Source: Dehalococcoidia bacterium
GTDB taxonomy: Bacteria; Chloroflexota; Dehalococcoidia; CAUJGQ01
Reading direction: 5' to 3'
DNA: 64,000 nt
Assembly: GCA_035310145.1 (NCBI GenBank)
Contig: DATGEL010000003.1
Location: 4,779 to 68,778, forward strand
The position numbers were made by a program, and so were the translations under genes. Every line of letters starts with the position of its first letter. The stretch's first letter is position 1. Of the stretch, positions 51,215 through 61,192 are shown piece after piece. Below the pieces are notes generated by a model. That model had not been told where the DNA came from, did no database searches, and worked only from the letters and a program-made list of their open reading frames with translations.

Positions 51215-53035
51215 TTAGTGCAACAACACCTCGCCGCTGGTGCCGTCCACAGTGATCTCCTGGCCATCGCGAATCTGTTTGGTGCCGGTCTTGACGTTGA
51301 CCACCGCGGGCAGGCCGTACTCGCGCGCCACGGTCGAGCCGTGCGAGAGCGGCCCGCCGAGATCGACGACCACGGCCGCGGCGGTGAAGAAGAGCGGCGT
51401 CCAGGCCGCGTCGGTGAACGGCGCAACCAGGATCTCGCCCGGCTCGACCGCGGCATCCTCGTCGAGTTGGGTAATCACGCGCGCCCGTCCGCGCGCGCGT
51501 CCAGGGCTGACGGGGATGCCCTTGAGGGTCGCCGCGGCGGGCATGTCGCCGGCCGGTTTGCTTTGCTCTGCGCCGGTCCAGTGAGGCTCGGGCCGCCCGT
51601 CGAACCACTCCGGTAACTCGACGCGCTCGCAGATCGCCAGGTCGCGCCGTCTGCGATCGACGGCCTGCCGGGCGGCGGCCGTGTCGAGCCGACCGCGCAG
51701 CGCTTGCTCGAACTCATCGTAGAGCAGCAGGTACACGTCGTCCGTGGTGGCGAGCACGCCTTGCTCCGTGAGACGCCGCCCGGCCTCGCGGCAGATGGCG
51801 CGGGCCGGCTGCATCGCCCGCACCCACTGCGCCTTGGTCTTCTCACGCAGGGCAATGAAGCGCTGCGCCACCCCGAGCTGTTGGCGGAAGAGACGCCGTT
51901 TCAACGGATTCAGCTGCTTGAACGCGTACGCTTCTGCCTCGCGGCGGAACGCCTCCTGGCGTGCGTGCGCGAGGAAGGGGTCGGCGTCCTCGCCGGCCTG
52001 CGCGTAGCTTTTGATCGTGGCGTAGACGAAGGTTGGGTCTTCCGCCCACGACTTTGACGACAGCTCGGCCTCGCGCATCGCGCGGTAGCCATAGCGGCCG
52101 AGGAAGCCGTCCAGGGCTTCACGGAGGCCCGTGGCCGCGTCGCCGGGCGCGGCGGCCAGCGCCGCGGCGGTCTCGCCGGCGTCTGTCCGCGCGAACAGGC
52201 GCGTGAGACCGTCGTCGGCCTTCACCAGGCGCGAGAGCCGCCAGATCTCGTAAGCCGGCTTGGCGCTCTCCACGTCCGGCAGCCCGGTGACCAACCGCTC
52301 CACCAGCCCGGCCGGAGCATTCGGCAGCCAGCGGCGCACACTGCGCGAGAGGGTCTCCAGGCCCGTGCTGGCGCCGGCGCTGTTCAGCAGATGCAGGCCG
52401 GCAACGGGCACCTGGAAGCGCCCCGAGTATGCCAGGCGAGCGAGCAGCGTGTCGCCGCTCGCCTGGTGCAGATCGAGGGCGCTTTCGTGTCGCACATACT
52501 CGGTGACCCGTTGCTCCTGCTCATCGGTCAGCCGGGGAGCGCGCAGCGTTGCCCGCAGCAAGTGCGGGATCACCGTGAGCTTGATTCGTCGTTCCGCCAG
52601 GGTCAGCCGGCGCGGCGGCGCGCCGGGATTGCGCACGCCGCCCAGGTACTGCTCCTCCACCGCCGCGGTGGAGGTGCCGGGGATCAGGTCCGCGCCCTCG
52701 GTGATCAGGCTGAGATTGAGATAGGCGCGGCCGAAGAAGACGCCCACCCAGGCGCCGGTCTTCGCCGTGCCGTCTTCGATGCCGGGCGGCAGGCGGCGCC
52801 GGTAGGGTTCGAAGGTGCCCAGCATCTTCGACAGGAGGATGAAGCCCTGGTCGAGCGCGTTCGTGCCGACCGAGGCGCCGAGCGGCGACATCAACCCCGG
52901 AATGACTTCGCCGACATTCGCGCGGGTGTAGACGGGAAAGCCCTCGATCGGGCCGAAGTCCCAGTCGGGGCGCCATGATCTGAGGTCCACCGGCGGCTGG
53001 GCAGTGTCCAGCTCGGGAAAGAGATTCTGCGACAT
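51215..53035 (-). CDS. PEP-utilizing-enzyme mobile-domain protein (PEP synthase / pyruvate-phosphate dikinase / rifampicin-phosphotransferase-like architecture).
   Basis: C-terminal GIPVSPGRARGRARV...GEILVAPFTDAAWTPLFFTAAAVVVDLGGPLSHGSTVAREYGLPAVV phospho-His swivel domain. AAGGAAG RBS. Confidence 0.65.
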   Translation of the reverse strand: MSQNLFPELDTAQPPVDLRSWRPDWDFGPIEGFPVYTRANVGEVIPGLMSPLGASVGTNALDQGFILLSKMLGTFEPYRRRLPPGIEDGTAKTGAWVGVFFGRAYLNLSLITEGADLIPGTSTAAVEEQYLGGVRNPGAPPRRLTLAERRIKLTVIPHLLRATLRAPRLTDEQEQRVTEYVRHESALDLHQASGDTLLARLAYSGRFQVPVAGLHLLNSAGASTGLETLSRSVRRWLPNAPAGLVERLVTGLPDVESAKPAYEIWRLSRLVKADDGLTRLFARTDAGETAAALAAAPGDAATGLREALDGFLGRYGYRAMREAELSSKSWAEDPTFVYATIKSYAQAGEDADPFLAHARQEAFRREAEAYAFKQLNPLKRRLFRQQLGVAQRFIALREKTKAQWVRAMQPARAICREAGRRLTEQGVLATTDDVYLLLYDEFEQALRGRLDTAAARQAVDRRRRDLAICERVELPEWFDGRPEPHWTGAEQSKPAGDMPAAATLKGIPVSPGRARGRARVITQLDEDAAVEPGEILVAPFTDAAWTPLFFTAAAVVVDLGGPLSHGSTVAREYGLPAVVNVKTGTKQIRDGQEITVDGTSGEVLLH

Positions 53036-53120
53036 TTGAACTTCCTTGTGTCGTGTGTGAAGACGCTCGTGGTCTCCGCTCGTTCGCGCACGCGGAGGCG
53101 GCGGATGCGGAGAGCCTGGC

Positions 53121-53765
53121 CTAATGCGCCGCAGGCGTCGTCACCGGTCCACGCAAGAGGCCGAGCACCTGGTCAAGTTTGCGATTGCGCAGCGGGCCGG
53201 TGACCGGATCGTCTGCGAGCGCGGGCTGCAGGCGGTTCTGGGCGTTGAGAAGCAGCAGCCCTTGCGGACCGGAGACCAGCCCGTACTTGCCGTTGGCGGC
53301 ACGCCTGAGGAACAGCAGGTAGTGCGAGCCGGCCACCAGCGGCGTATTCTCAGCGGCCGCGGCTGCGCTGCCCTGGTTGCTTGCCTGCGTCACCGTGATT
53401 GTCTGCGCAGGCTCGCTGGTGCCGCGCACCACGCGATCCACGCGCACGCTGAAGTCCTGCACGGCTCTGCTTGCGGGCGCCGGCCCCGCGCCGCTGCCGT
53501 CCACCCGCGGCGTTGCCAGGTAGGGCGGCGACTCGGAGAGCACGGTGCAGGCGCAGATCAGGTCGGCCGACTGCACCAGCGCGAGCAGCGACGACTTCAG
53601 CGTGTAATCGATGCGCTGGGCGCTGACGGTGGGAGCCGGCGGCGCGAGCGTGTGGGTGTTGCTGCGCATCATGATCAACGAGGCGCCGGTCACGGCCGCC
53701 GCCAGCACAACGAGGCCGCCGATTGCGAACCGCACTCGCCGGCTGCGCGGCAAGAAGCGCCACAC
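53121..53765 (-). CDS. Hypothetical N-terminally anchored secreted protein.
   Basis: Signal-anchor RSRRVRFAIGGLVVLAAAVTGASLIMM. GTG start chosen; the ORF-track start at 53909 is a TTG. The opposite strand here is Arg/His-rich junk. Confidence 0.4.
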   Translation of the reverse strand: MWRFLPRSRRVRFAIGGLVVLAAAVTGASLIMMRSNTHTLAPPAPTVSAQRIDYTLKSSLLALVQSADLICACTVLSESPPYLATPRVDGSGAGPAPASRAVQDFSVRVDRVVRGTSEPAQTITVTQASNQGSAAAAAENTPLVAGSHYLLFLRRAANGKYGLVSGPQGLLLLNAQNRLQPALADDPVTGPLRNRKLDQVLGLLRGPVTTPAAH

Positions 53766-53908
53766 GCGCCCATCTCTCCGAAATTTCACTTGCCTCCAGT
53801 ATAGGGCAGCGCCTCGGCGGGGCAGTGGTAGAATCCGCCCAGCGCCGGCCGGGACGGGCGTGTGCTCATTGTCCGCTCGCGAGCCGGCGACTCTCGGCGT
53901 CGGGTGCA

Positions 53909-55411
53909 ATGCGCATGGAGACCGTCGGCAAGAAGCGCGCCGAGCCCCCCTTTGTCCTGGCCCTCGATGTTGGCTCCTCCGGCACGCGCGGCCGCCTGTT
54001 CGACGCGCGCGGGCGCACGCTCAAGCGCTGTGAGGTGCGCATCCGCCACCAGGCGACGAGCAAGCCCGATGGCACCGTGGTCGGCGACGCGGAGGCGGTG
54101 CTGAACGAGGCGATCCAGATCATCGACGGCCTGCTCAAGGCGGCGGGCAGACACGCGGAACAGATCGCCGCGGTCGCCTGCGATACCTACGCCTCAAGCC
54201 TCGTCGGCGTGGACGCGCGCGGCCGGCCGCTGACGCCCGTCTTCACCTACGCCGACGCGCGCCCTGCGCCGCAGGTCGCGCAGCTCCAGCGCGAATTGGA
54301 CGAGGACGCGGTGCAGCAGCGCACCGGCTGCCGCTTCCACGCCAGCTATCTGCCGGCGCGCTTCCGCTGGCTGCAGGCCACGGAGCCGCAAACGCTTGCG
54401 AGCGCGGCCTACTGGCTCTCGCTCGGCGAGTTCGTCTACGTGCATCTGCTGGGCAAGCGCGCGGCGTCCTTCTCTACCGCCGCCTGGACGGGCTTGCTCA
54501 ACCGGCACGAGCTTGACTGGGACGCGGAGCTGCTCGCCGCGCTGCCGGTGAAGGCCGACCAGCTCTCGAGCCTGCGCGACACGGGCGAGCCACTGCAGGG
54601 GCTGCGGCAGAAGTTCGCCCGCCGCTGGCCGCAGCTCAAGCAGGCGAAGTGGTTCCCCGCGATCGCCGACGGCTACGCCAGCAACATCGGCAGCGACGCG
54701 ACCGACCTGCAGAGCTACGCCCTCTCGCTCGGCACCAGCGGCGCCGTGCGGGTGCTGCTGGAGGGCACGCCCGATGTCGTGCCGCACGGACTCTGGTGCT
54801 ACCGCGTGAACCGACGGCAGTCGCTGCTGGGTGGTGCGCTGAACGACGGCGGCCGCGCGGTCGCCTGGCTGCGCGGCCTGCTGAAGCTGCCGCCGGTCGA
54901 CGGCCTGCGGCCCGTGATCACCGCGCCGCCGGCCATGGATACGCCCGTCGTCTTGCCCTTCCTCACCGGCGAGCGCAGTCCCGGCTGGGCCGGCCACGCG
55001 ACCGCCAGCTTCACTAACATGGATCTCCACACCGACCCGGCGGCGCTGTTCCGCGGCCTGCTGGAGGGGATCGCGCTGCGGTTGGGACTGATTGCGGACG
55101 AGGTGCGCCGGCTTGCGCCGGACGTCGCGCGCGTCGTGGTGAGCGGCGGGGCGGCCGAAGACCTGCCGGAGTGGCTCGGCATCCTGGCGGACGTCATCGG
55201 GGCGCCGATGGTGGCCTCGCTCGAAGGCCAAACCACGCTGCGCGGTACGGCTGTAACCGCACTGGAGGTGGTTGCGCCGAAGGCCGAGCGCGTTCCCGCT
55301 GCGATCGGCGACACGTTTTCTCCGAATGCCGAGCACCGCGCCGCCTATGACGCCGCGCGCGAACGGCAAATTTCAGCCTACGACGCGCTCATCGCTGCAC
55401 CCCCTGCGTAG
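53909..55411 (+). CDS. FGGY-family carbohydrate kinase (gluconokinase-like).
   Basis: ALDVGSSGTRGRLFD N-terminal motif and PFLTGERSP. Confidence 0.8.
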   Translation: MRMETVGKKRAEPPFVLALDVGSSGTRGRLFDARGRTLKRCEVRIRHQATSKPDGTVVGDAEAVLNEAIQIIDGLLKAAGRHAEQIAAVACDTYASSLVGVDARGRPLTPVFTYADARPAPQVAQLQRELDEDAVQQRTGCRFHASYLPARFRWLQATEPQTLASAAYWLSLGEFVYVHLLGKRAASFSTAAWTGLLNRHELDWDAELLAALPVKADQLSSLRDTGEPLQGLRQKFARRWPQLKQAKWFPAIADGYASNIGSDATDLQSYALSLGTSGAVRVLLEGTPDVVPHGLWCYRVNRRQSLLGGALNDGGRAVAWLRGLLKLPPVDGLRPVITAPPAMDTPVVLPFLTGERSPGWAGHATASFTNMDLHTDPAALFRGLLEGIALRLGLIADEVRRLAPDVARVVVSGGAAEDLPEWLGILADVIGAPMVASLEGQTTLRGTAVTALEVVAPKAERVPAAIGDTFSPNAEHRAAYDAARERQISAYDALIAAPPA

Positions 55412-55631
55412 ACACACCGCGCGCCGCGCCTGACCGCGCTCTGGTTCAAGATACCCGCGCCGCGGCGAGCTTCAGATCGCCGCGTCTGCGTGGAAAGTCT
55501 CCGACGGTTGCGCTGCGCTCTGGCCGGACACGGGAGGAGTAAGGGCGAGGACGCCCCGTAGCTCTCGGACAAGCGCTTCCTCGCAGGAAGGGGACAGCCG
55601 AGCGAAGCGAAGCAGGAATAGGCGCCACGCC

Positions 55632-56357
55632 CTACTGAATCGAGACCTGCTGGGCGACGCCGTTGCGCACCGCGGCCGTGATCATCGCACCAGTGGCGAT
55701 CTCCGCCTGCGTGCCCGCGGCCAGCGTGAGGAGCTGCGCGTCGGGCGCGATGCTCACCTGTTCGCCGCCGCCGGGAAACGAGGCGTGGAAGCTGCTGCCC
55801 GCGACCCTGTCGATCGTCGCGTTGGTCATCAAGTTGCCGGCGTCCAGCGGGCTCTGCCCGAGCCGGAAGCCGCTCGGCGCGCCGGGAAAGACCACGATCA
55901 TGCTCGCCAGCAGCGTATTGTCCGGCTGGCGCCGGGCGGTGATCGCCACCGTCTGACCCGTCTTCAGATCCGCCGCCGTGATCATCGCCCGCTTCGTCAC
56001 GACCGTTTGCGGTGAGAGCGAGAAGCTGCCGCCGTCCTTCAGCGTGACCTTGCCCGCGTCCACGCTCTGCACGGTCCCACTCAGCCGTTCGACCGGATTG
56101 GTCGCCGGCGTGCCCAGACCGGCCGGTCCAGCGGCGGCCGTGCCGCCTGGGGCCGGACTGGGTGACACGGCGGCAGCCGCTGACGGCGGCGCGCTCGTCG
56201 CGGCCGAGTTGGCAGCCTGCGCCGCAACGACCGTTACGCCGGCTGGCGCGGGATTGTTCGCGGTATGGCTGCCGTTGTTCGAAGAGCCGCAAGCGGCCAG
56301 CGCCATGATGGCCGCGGCCGTCAGACAGGCCGGAACGATCCGGAGTACGCGTCCCAT
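55632..56357 (-). CDS. Hypothetical lipoprotein.
   Basis: Signal peptide with lipobox MALAACGSS and an Ala/Pro/Ser-rich linker. Co-directional with and downstream of the Mo-enzyme gene. Confidence 0.5.
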   Translation of the reverse strand: MGRVLRIVPACLTAAAIMALAACGSSNNGSHTANNPAPAGVTVVAAQAANSAATSAPPSAAAAVSPSPAPGGTAAAGPAGLGTPATNPVERLSGTVQSVDAGKVTLKDGGSFSLSPQTVVTKRAMITAADLKTGQTVAITARRQPDNTLLASMIVVFPGAPSGFRLGQSPLDAGNLMTNATIDRVAGSSFHASFPGGGEQVSIAPDAQLLTLAAGTQAEIATGAMITAAVRNGVAQQVSIQ

Positions 56358-56408
56358 GATCCGCCCTCCGCTCAAGGCTTCCGCTTGTGCACCAATGCCG
56401 GGATCCGC

Positions 56409-57962
56409 TCAGCCGCCGACACGCACGCGGATCTGGTGGTAACCGGTAGCGCCGGCGGGGAACGGATCGGTGCGCCGCGCCGGCTGCTCCGTCCCCGAGC
56501 CGTCCGTGGCGCGCACGCTGAGCGTGAAGGCGCCGCTCCCCGCTGGCTGCCAGGCGTTCTGCCAGAACGTCCAGGTGTTGGGGCCGAGCGAGGGCAGGAG
56601 CCGCGCGTCCGCCCAGCTCACACCGCCGTCGCTCGAGACCTCGACGCGTGCGATGCCGCGGGCGCCGGCGAAGGCGATGCCGGCAAGTTGCACGGTTCCC
56701 GCCGCAAGCTTTGCGCCGTCTACCGGCGTGTTGATCTGCGCCATCGTCTGGATGATGCCCTGCTCATCCCAGCCCTGCTGCTGCCAGAAGCCCGGCTGCT
56801 CGGCCGCGACCAGGTCGATGCGCGTCAGCCACTTCGGGTTCTTCATGCCGTAGAGGCCGGCGGCCAAAACGCGCACCGGGTAGCCGTGCTTGTGCGGCAA
56901 CGGCGCGCCGTCGAGCTGGTACGCGAGCAGCGTGGAGGGATCCTGCGCCTGCGCCAGGGGCAGGGCGGAGGTGTACTTGTCGGCGCTGCTGAAGGTGATC
57001 GCGGCGGCGCCCGGTTGCACGCCGGCCCGCTGCAGCACGTCGGCCAGACGTGCGGCAGTCCAGACGCCGTTGCTGATCAGGTCGCCGCCAGTCTCGTTGG
57101 AGATGCACTCCAGCGTGCGGTCCTGAGTGACCGCCGGCAGGGCGGTAATCTCGCCGTAACCCAGGGTCAGCGGCCGCTCGACCATGCCGCCCACGTGCAA
57201 CCGCCAGCTCTTGCCGTTGGAGACCGGGTCCAGCAGGTTCTTGGAGACGATGTAGAAGCGATCGACGGGCGTCACCGGCGGCGGCAGGCCGCTGAACGCT
57301 TCATCGGCGCCGCCGGCGGAGGCATCGCCGCCCCCGGCCGCCAGCGCCGAACCGCCGCCACCGCGCGGGGGCAGCTCGGGGAGCCGGCCGATCGCGCGCC
57401 GTGTCAAGAGCACCGTGGCGAGGCCCAGCGTGCCGCCGGCCAGCAACCGTCGACGGTCGATCTGCGCGGCCGCACGCGCCTCAGGCGTCTCTGCTTCGGC
57501 TTGCCGCGTCTCCTGCGCCGGGCCAAATAGCGCGGCGAGGCTGAGCGGCAGACCAGCGAAGAGCGTGTACGTCAGCGCGTAGGCGGCCAGGCCGAGCAGC
57601 AGCACCAGCGCCACCTCGGCGCTGCCGGCGAACACGCCGCGATCCACCAGCGGCAGCAGCACGAAGCCCGTGAGCAGCCACAGCGCCGCGGCCGCCGCGG
57701 CGGGCCGGCCCCAGCGGCCGATCGCCAGCCCGGCGAGACCTCCGGCCGCCACCTCCGCCAGCAACAGCGCGGCGAAGAGCAGCGGCTTGCCGAGATAGAG
57801 AAGGCGATCCAGCAGCAGCGAGAACAGCGGCCCCGGCAGCAGCAGCACCAGGCGATCCTGCGCCAGCTCCGGCAGCGTGGGCACGCTGTCCGCCGCGCGG
57901 GCGATCAGCGAGACCACGACGAAGGCGCAGCCCGCGGCGGTGCCGTACCAGAAGTGGCGCAT
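56409..57962 (-). CDS. Sulfite-oxidase-family molybdopterin oxidoreductase, fused to an N-terminal polytopic membrane domain and carrying an internal twin-arginine-like motif.
   Basis: About 5 N-terminal hydrophobic helices. Then DRRRLLAGGTLGLATV (Tat-like), the Moco domain HGYPVRVLAAGLYGMKNPKWL, and a C-terminal dimerisation/Ig-like domain. Confidence 0.75.
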   Translation of the reverse strand: MRHFWYGTAAGCAFVVVSLIARAADSVPTLPELAQDRLVLLLPGPLFSLLLDRLLYLGKPLLFAALLLAEVAAGGLAGLAIGRWGRPAAAAAALWLLTGFVLLPLVDRGVFAGSAEVALVLLLGLAAYALTYTLFAGLPLSLAALFGPAQETRQAEAETPEARAAAQIDRRRLLAGGTLGLATVLLTRRAIGRLPELPPRGGGGSALAAGGGDASAGGADEAFSGLPPPVTPVDRFYIVSKNLLDPVSNGKSWRLHVGGMVERPLTLGYGEITALPAVTQDRTLECISNETGGDLISNGVWTAARLADVLQRAGVQPGAAAITFSSADKYTSALPLAQAQDPSTLLAYQLDGAPLPHKHGYPVRVLAAGLYGMKNPKWLTRIDLVAAEQPGFWQQQGWDEQGIIQTMAQINTPVDGAKLAAGTVQLAGIAFAGARGIARVEVSSDGGVSWADARLLPSLGPNTWTFWQNAWQPAGSGAFTLSVRATDGSGTEQPARRTDPFPAGATGYHQIRVRVGG

Positions 57963-58199
57963 GATCGCTCCATACGGCGGGCGCGCCGTCGCGCCGCGCG
58001 CCCTCGGCGGCGCGTGGGCCGGCGGCCTCCGCCCTGCTTCATGGAGAGTACGGCAGCGCCGTGCCGTCAGATGTTAGCGCGCGGTAGCCGGCGGGCTGAA
58101 ACCGCCCCGCTTCGCCGCAAGTGATCGAAATGGGTAGGTTCGTGGCCGGCAGCCGCGCGGATTCGCACGCCGGCGCGCCGGACCTGGTCAAGCCGGCGG

Positions 58200-58244
58200 T
58201 CCGATTCTGTTTCTTCAGCGTATCGCTATACTGTTGTTGCAAGA
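58200..58244 (+). promoter_or_regulatory. AT-rich patch with a TATACT -10-like hexamer immediately upstream of the histidine-kinase start.
   Basis: ccgattctgtttcttcagcgtatcgctatactgttgttgcaagattg, anomalously AT-rich for this genome. TATACT lies at 58227..58232. Confidence 0.3.
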
Positions 58245-60218
58245 TTGCCGACTGTACGGCTGGAGCGCACGGCCTTGCCCGACGAAGCCTCGGCCCTGCT
58301 CGATGCCCTGCTTGCCGCCGCGCCGGTCGGGCTTGCGCTGCTAAGCCGCGATCTGCGTTATCTCCGCATCAATCCGGCCCTCGCCGCGATCAACGGCGTC
58401 ACCGTGGAAGCCTGCCTCGGACGCCGCGTGCGCGACGTGGTGCCCGCACTGGCCGACACGGTCGAGCCGGCGCTGCGCCACGTGCTGAAGACGGGCAAAT
58501 CGTTGGTGAACGTCGAGGTGCGCGGCGAAACCGCGGCGAACCCCGGACGCCAACGAGAGTGGATGGTCAGCTACTTTCCGGTGCGCGACGCCTCGGGCGC
58601 GATTGTGGCGGCCGGCGCCAGCGTCAGCGAGATCACTGACCGCCGTGCCGGGGAAGATACGCTACGCCGGAGCGAGGAGCGCTTCCGCGCCCTCGTCCAA
58701 CAGAGCTCGGACGTGGTGGTCGTGCTGGACGCGCAGGGTGTGATGCGCTACGTCAGCCCTTCTGTGAAGCGCATCTTCGGCTACGATGCCACCGACGTCG
58801 TGGGCCAGAGCGCCTTCGCCTTCGTGCATCCCGATGATGTACCGCGCCTCGTGCAGTCGTTCTCCGGTGTGGTGCGGGAACCCGGCGACTATCTGCCGAT
58901 CGAGTTCCGTCTGCGCAACCCTGACGGCTCCTGGCGCTATGTCGAGGCCACGGCCAGCAACCTCCTGCACGATTCGAACGTTCGCGGTGTGGTGCAGAAC
59001 CTACGCGACATCAGCGAGCGCAAGGCGGCCGAGCACGAACGTGAGCAACTGCTGGCGCGGGAACAGGCCGCGCGTGCCGACGCCGAGGCCGCCAACCGCG
59101 CCCGCGACGCTTTTCTCTCAACCGTCTCCCACGAGCTGCGCACACCGCTGACCCCGATCCTCGCGTACGCGCAGTTGCTCGCCCGCGGGCGCCTCGGCCC
59201 GGAGCAAACGCGCCAGGCCCTGGCGCAGATTGAGCGCAGCGCGCAGACGCAGGCGCGGCTGGTCGAGGACATTCTCGACGCCTCGCGCATCATCATGGGC
59301 AAGCTCTCACTCGCAGCCGAGCAGGTGGATCTGTGCGCCGTGGTGGAAGCGGCGGCGGCGATCGTGCGCCCATCGGCCGAAGCCCGCTCGATCGAGCTGA
59401 AGCTCGCCGTCGCGGGCTGCCCTATCTTCGCTCGGGGCGATGCAACGCGCCTGCAGCAGGTGGTCTGGAATCTGCTTGCTAACGCGATCAAATTCACGCC
59501 GCTGCGCGGCCGCGTCGAGCTTATTCTCGCCGCCGAAGGCGGCGACGCCGTGCTCTCCGTACGTGATACGGGCCAGGGCATTGCGCCTGAGTTCCTGCCG
59601 CATGTTTTCGAGCGCTTCCGGCAGGCGGACCCCGCGGCTCCGCGCCAGACCGGCCTCGGGCTTGGCCTGGCTCTGGTGCGCCAGCTCGTGCTGATGCATC
59701 ACGGCAACGTGACGGCGTACAGCGCCGGCCGTGACCAGGGAGCGACGTTTACCGTGCGGCTGCCGTTGCTCGCGGCGCTGGCCGGCGCTGAGGGGAGCGA
59801 TTCGGATGTCGCCGTTGCCGGCGCGGTGGAAGCGGGCCGCCTCGCCGGCGTGCCGGTGCTCGTGGTTGAGGACGACGCGCCGACCCGCGAACTGCTTTCA
59901 CTGGTGCTCGCGGCTCAGGGTGCGGCGGTGTCCGCGGCCGATTCCGCCGAGGCTGCGCTTGAAGCGATAGCGCGGGTGCGACCGGCCGTACTGCTCGCCG
60001 ACATCGGTTTGCCGGGGATGGATGGCTACGAACTACTGGCGGCGGTACACCGGCTCACCTCTGGACGCGCATTGCCCGCCCTGGCGCTCACGGCCTACGC
60101 GGGCGACGAGGACCGCGAACGGGCACTGGCCGCCGGCTTCACGGCGCACCTGGCCAAGCCGCTCGACCCGGACGCGCTGGTCAATGCACTCGCGGCGCTG
60201 GTGCTGACCGGCGAATGA
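58245..60218 (+). CDS. Hybrid sensor histidine kinase: two PAS domains, HisKA, HATPase_c and a C-terminal receiver. Cytoplasmic.
   Basis: H-box VSHELRTPLTPI, G-boxes in RDTGQGIAPEF...GLGLGLALV, and receiver VLVVEDDAPTRELL...LLADIGLPGMDGYEL...LTAYA...KPL. The only in-frame start near the 5' end is TTG 58245. Confidence 0.8.
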   Translation: MPTVRLERTALPDEASALLDALLAAAPVGLALLSRDLRYLRINPALAAINGVTVEACLGRRVRDVVPALADTVEPALRHVLKTGKSLVNVEVRGETAANPGRQREWMVSYFPVRDASGAIVAAGASVSEITDRRAGEDTLRRSEERFRALVQQSSDVVVVLDAQGVMRYVSPSVKRIFGYDATDVVGQSAFAFVHPDDVPRLVQSFSGVVREPGDYLPIEFRLRNPDGSWRYVEATASNLLHDSNVRGVVQNLRDISERKAAEHEREQLLAREQAARADAEAANRARDAFLSTVSHELRTPLTPILAYAQLLARGRLGPEQTRQALAQIERSAQTQARLVEDILDASRIIMGKLSLAAEQVDLCAVVEAAAAIVRPSAEARSIELKLAVAGCPIFARGDATRLQQVVWNLLANAIKFTPLRGRVELILAAEGGDAVLSVRDTGQGIAPEFLPHVFERFRQADPAAPRQTGLGLGLALVRQLVLMHHGNVTAYSAGRDQGATFTVRLPLLAALAGAEGSDSDVAVAGAVEAGRLAGVPVLVVEDDAPTRELLSLVLAAQGAAVSAADSAEAALEAIARVRPAVLLADIGLPGMDGYELLAAVHRLTSGRALPALALTAYAGDEDRERALAAGFTAHLAKPLDPDALVNALAALVLTGE

Positions 60219-60308
60219 ACAGCATGGGAGCGGTCGGGCCTGCGTGTGGCGTATGCTGGGCTGCAAGACGCGCCGCAGCGTGCGCCGAGGGGGCAAGCGA
60301 TGATCCCG

Positions 60309-61157
60309 ACACTGCCGTTTGGCCGCACCGGCCACACCAGCACGCGCACGATCTTCGGCGCAGCCGCCTTTGCCCGCGTGGACCAGCCGACGGCCGACCG
60401 CAGTGTGGCGCTGCTGCTTGCGCGCGGTGTCAACCACATCGACACCGCGGCCAGTTACGGCGACTCGGAGCTGCGCCTCGGCCCGTGGCTGGCGAAGCAC
60501 CGCGATCGCTTCTTCCTGGCGACGAAGACGGGCGAGCGCACCTACGCCGGCGCCCGCGACCAGATCCGCCGCTCGCTCGATCGGCTGCAGGTCAATCAGG
60601 TCGACCTGATCCAGTTGCACAACCTCGTCGACGAAGCCGAGTGGGAGACGGCGCTGGGGCCGGACGGCGCCCTCAAGGCGGCGATCGAGGCGCGCGAGGC
60701 CGGCCTGGTGCGCTTCATCGGCGTCACCGGGCACGGCGTGACGGTGGCGCGGATGCACCGCCGCAGCCTCGAACGGTTCGCCTTCGACTCGGTGCTGCTG
60801 CCGCTCAACCACCCAATGCTGCAGAACCCGCAGTACGCTGCCGACTTCGCTGCCCTGCGGGCCGTCTGCCGCGAGCGCGGCGTGGCGATGCAGACGATTA
60901 AAGCGATCACACTGGCGCCCTGGAGCGAGCGCCCGCACGGCGCTCCGACCTGGTACGAGCCGCTGCGCGAGCAACCGGACATCGATCTGGCCGTGCACTG
61001 GGTCTTCGGCCACGAAGGCGTTTTCCTCAACACCGCGGGCGACGTCTCGCTGCTGCCCAGGATCATCGACGCCGCCGAACGCTTCACCGCGGCGCCGGAC
61101 GATGAGGCCATGCGTGAGCTCTCGGAGCACCGCGCCATGGCACCGCTCTTTACATAA
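60309..61157 (+). CDS. Aldo/keto reductase family protein.
   Basis: [27 protein letters not shown] motifs. GAGGGGG RBS. Confidence 0.8.
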   Translation, partial: TLPFGRTGHTSTRTIFGAAAFARVDQPTADRSVALLLARGVNHIDTAASYGDSELRLGPWLAKHRDRFFLATKTGERTYAGARDQIRRSLDRLQVNQVDLIQLHNLVDEAEWETALGPDGALKAAIEAREAGLVRFIGVTGHGVTVARMHRRSLERFAFDSVLLPLNHPMLQNPQYAADFAALRAVCRERGVAMQTIKAITLAPWSERPHGAPTWYEPLREQPDIDLAVHWVFGHEGVFLNTAGDVSLLPRIIDAAERFTAAPDDEAMRELSEHRAMAPLFT

Positions 61158-61192
61158 CTGCGGCAACTCGGGGCGTCTCAGTGCCCGCCGCC

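Noticed and set aside
55573-55590. Short hairpin cttcct/cgc/aggaag between the convergent FGGY-kinase and lipoprotein genes.
   Set aside because: It is only a 6-bp stem and does not match the GATCGC...CCCTC hairpin family. It is possibly a weak terminator but is not supportable.
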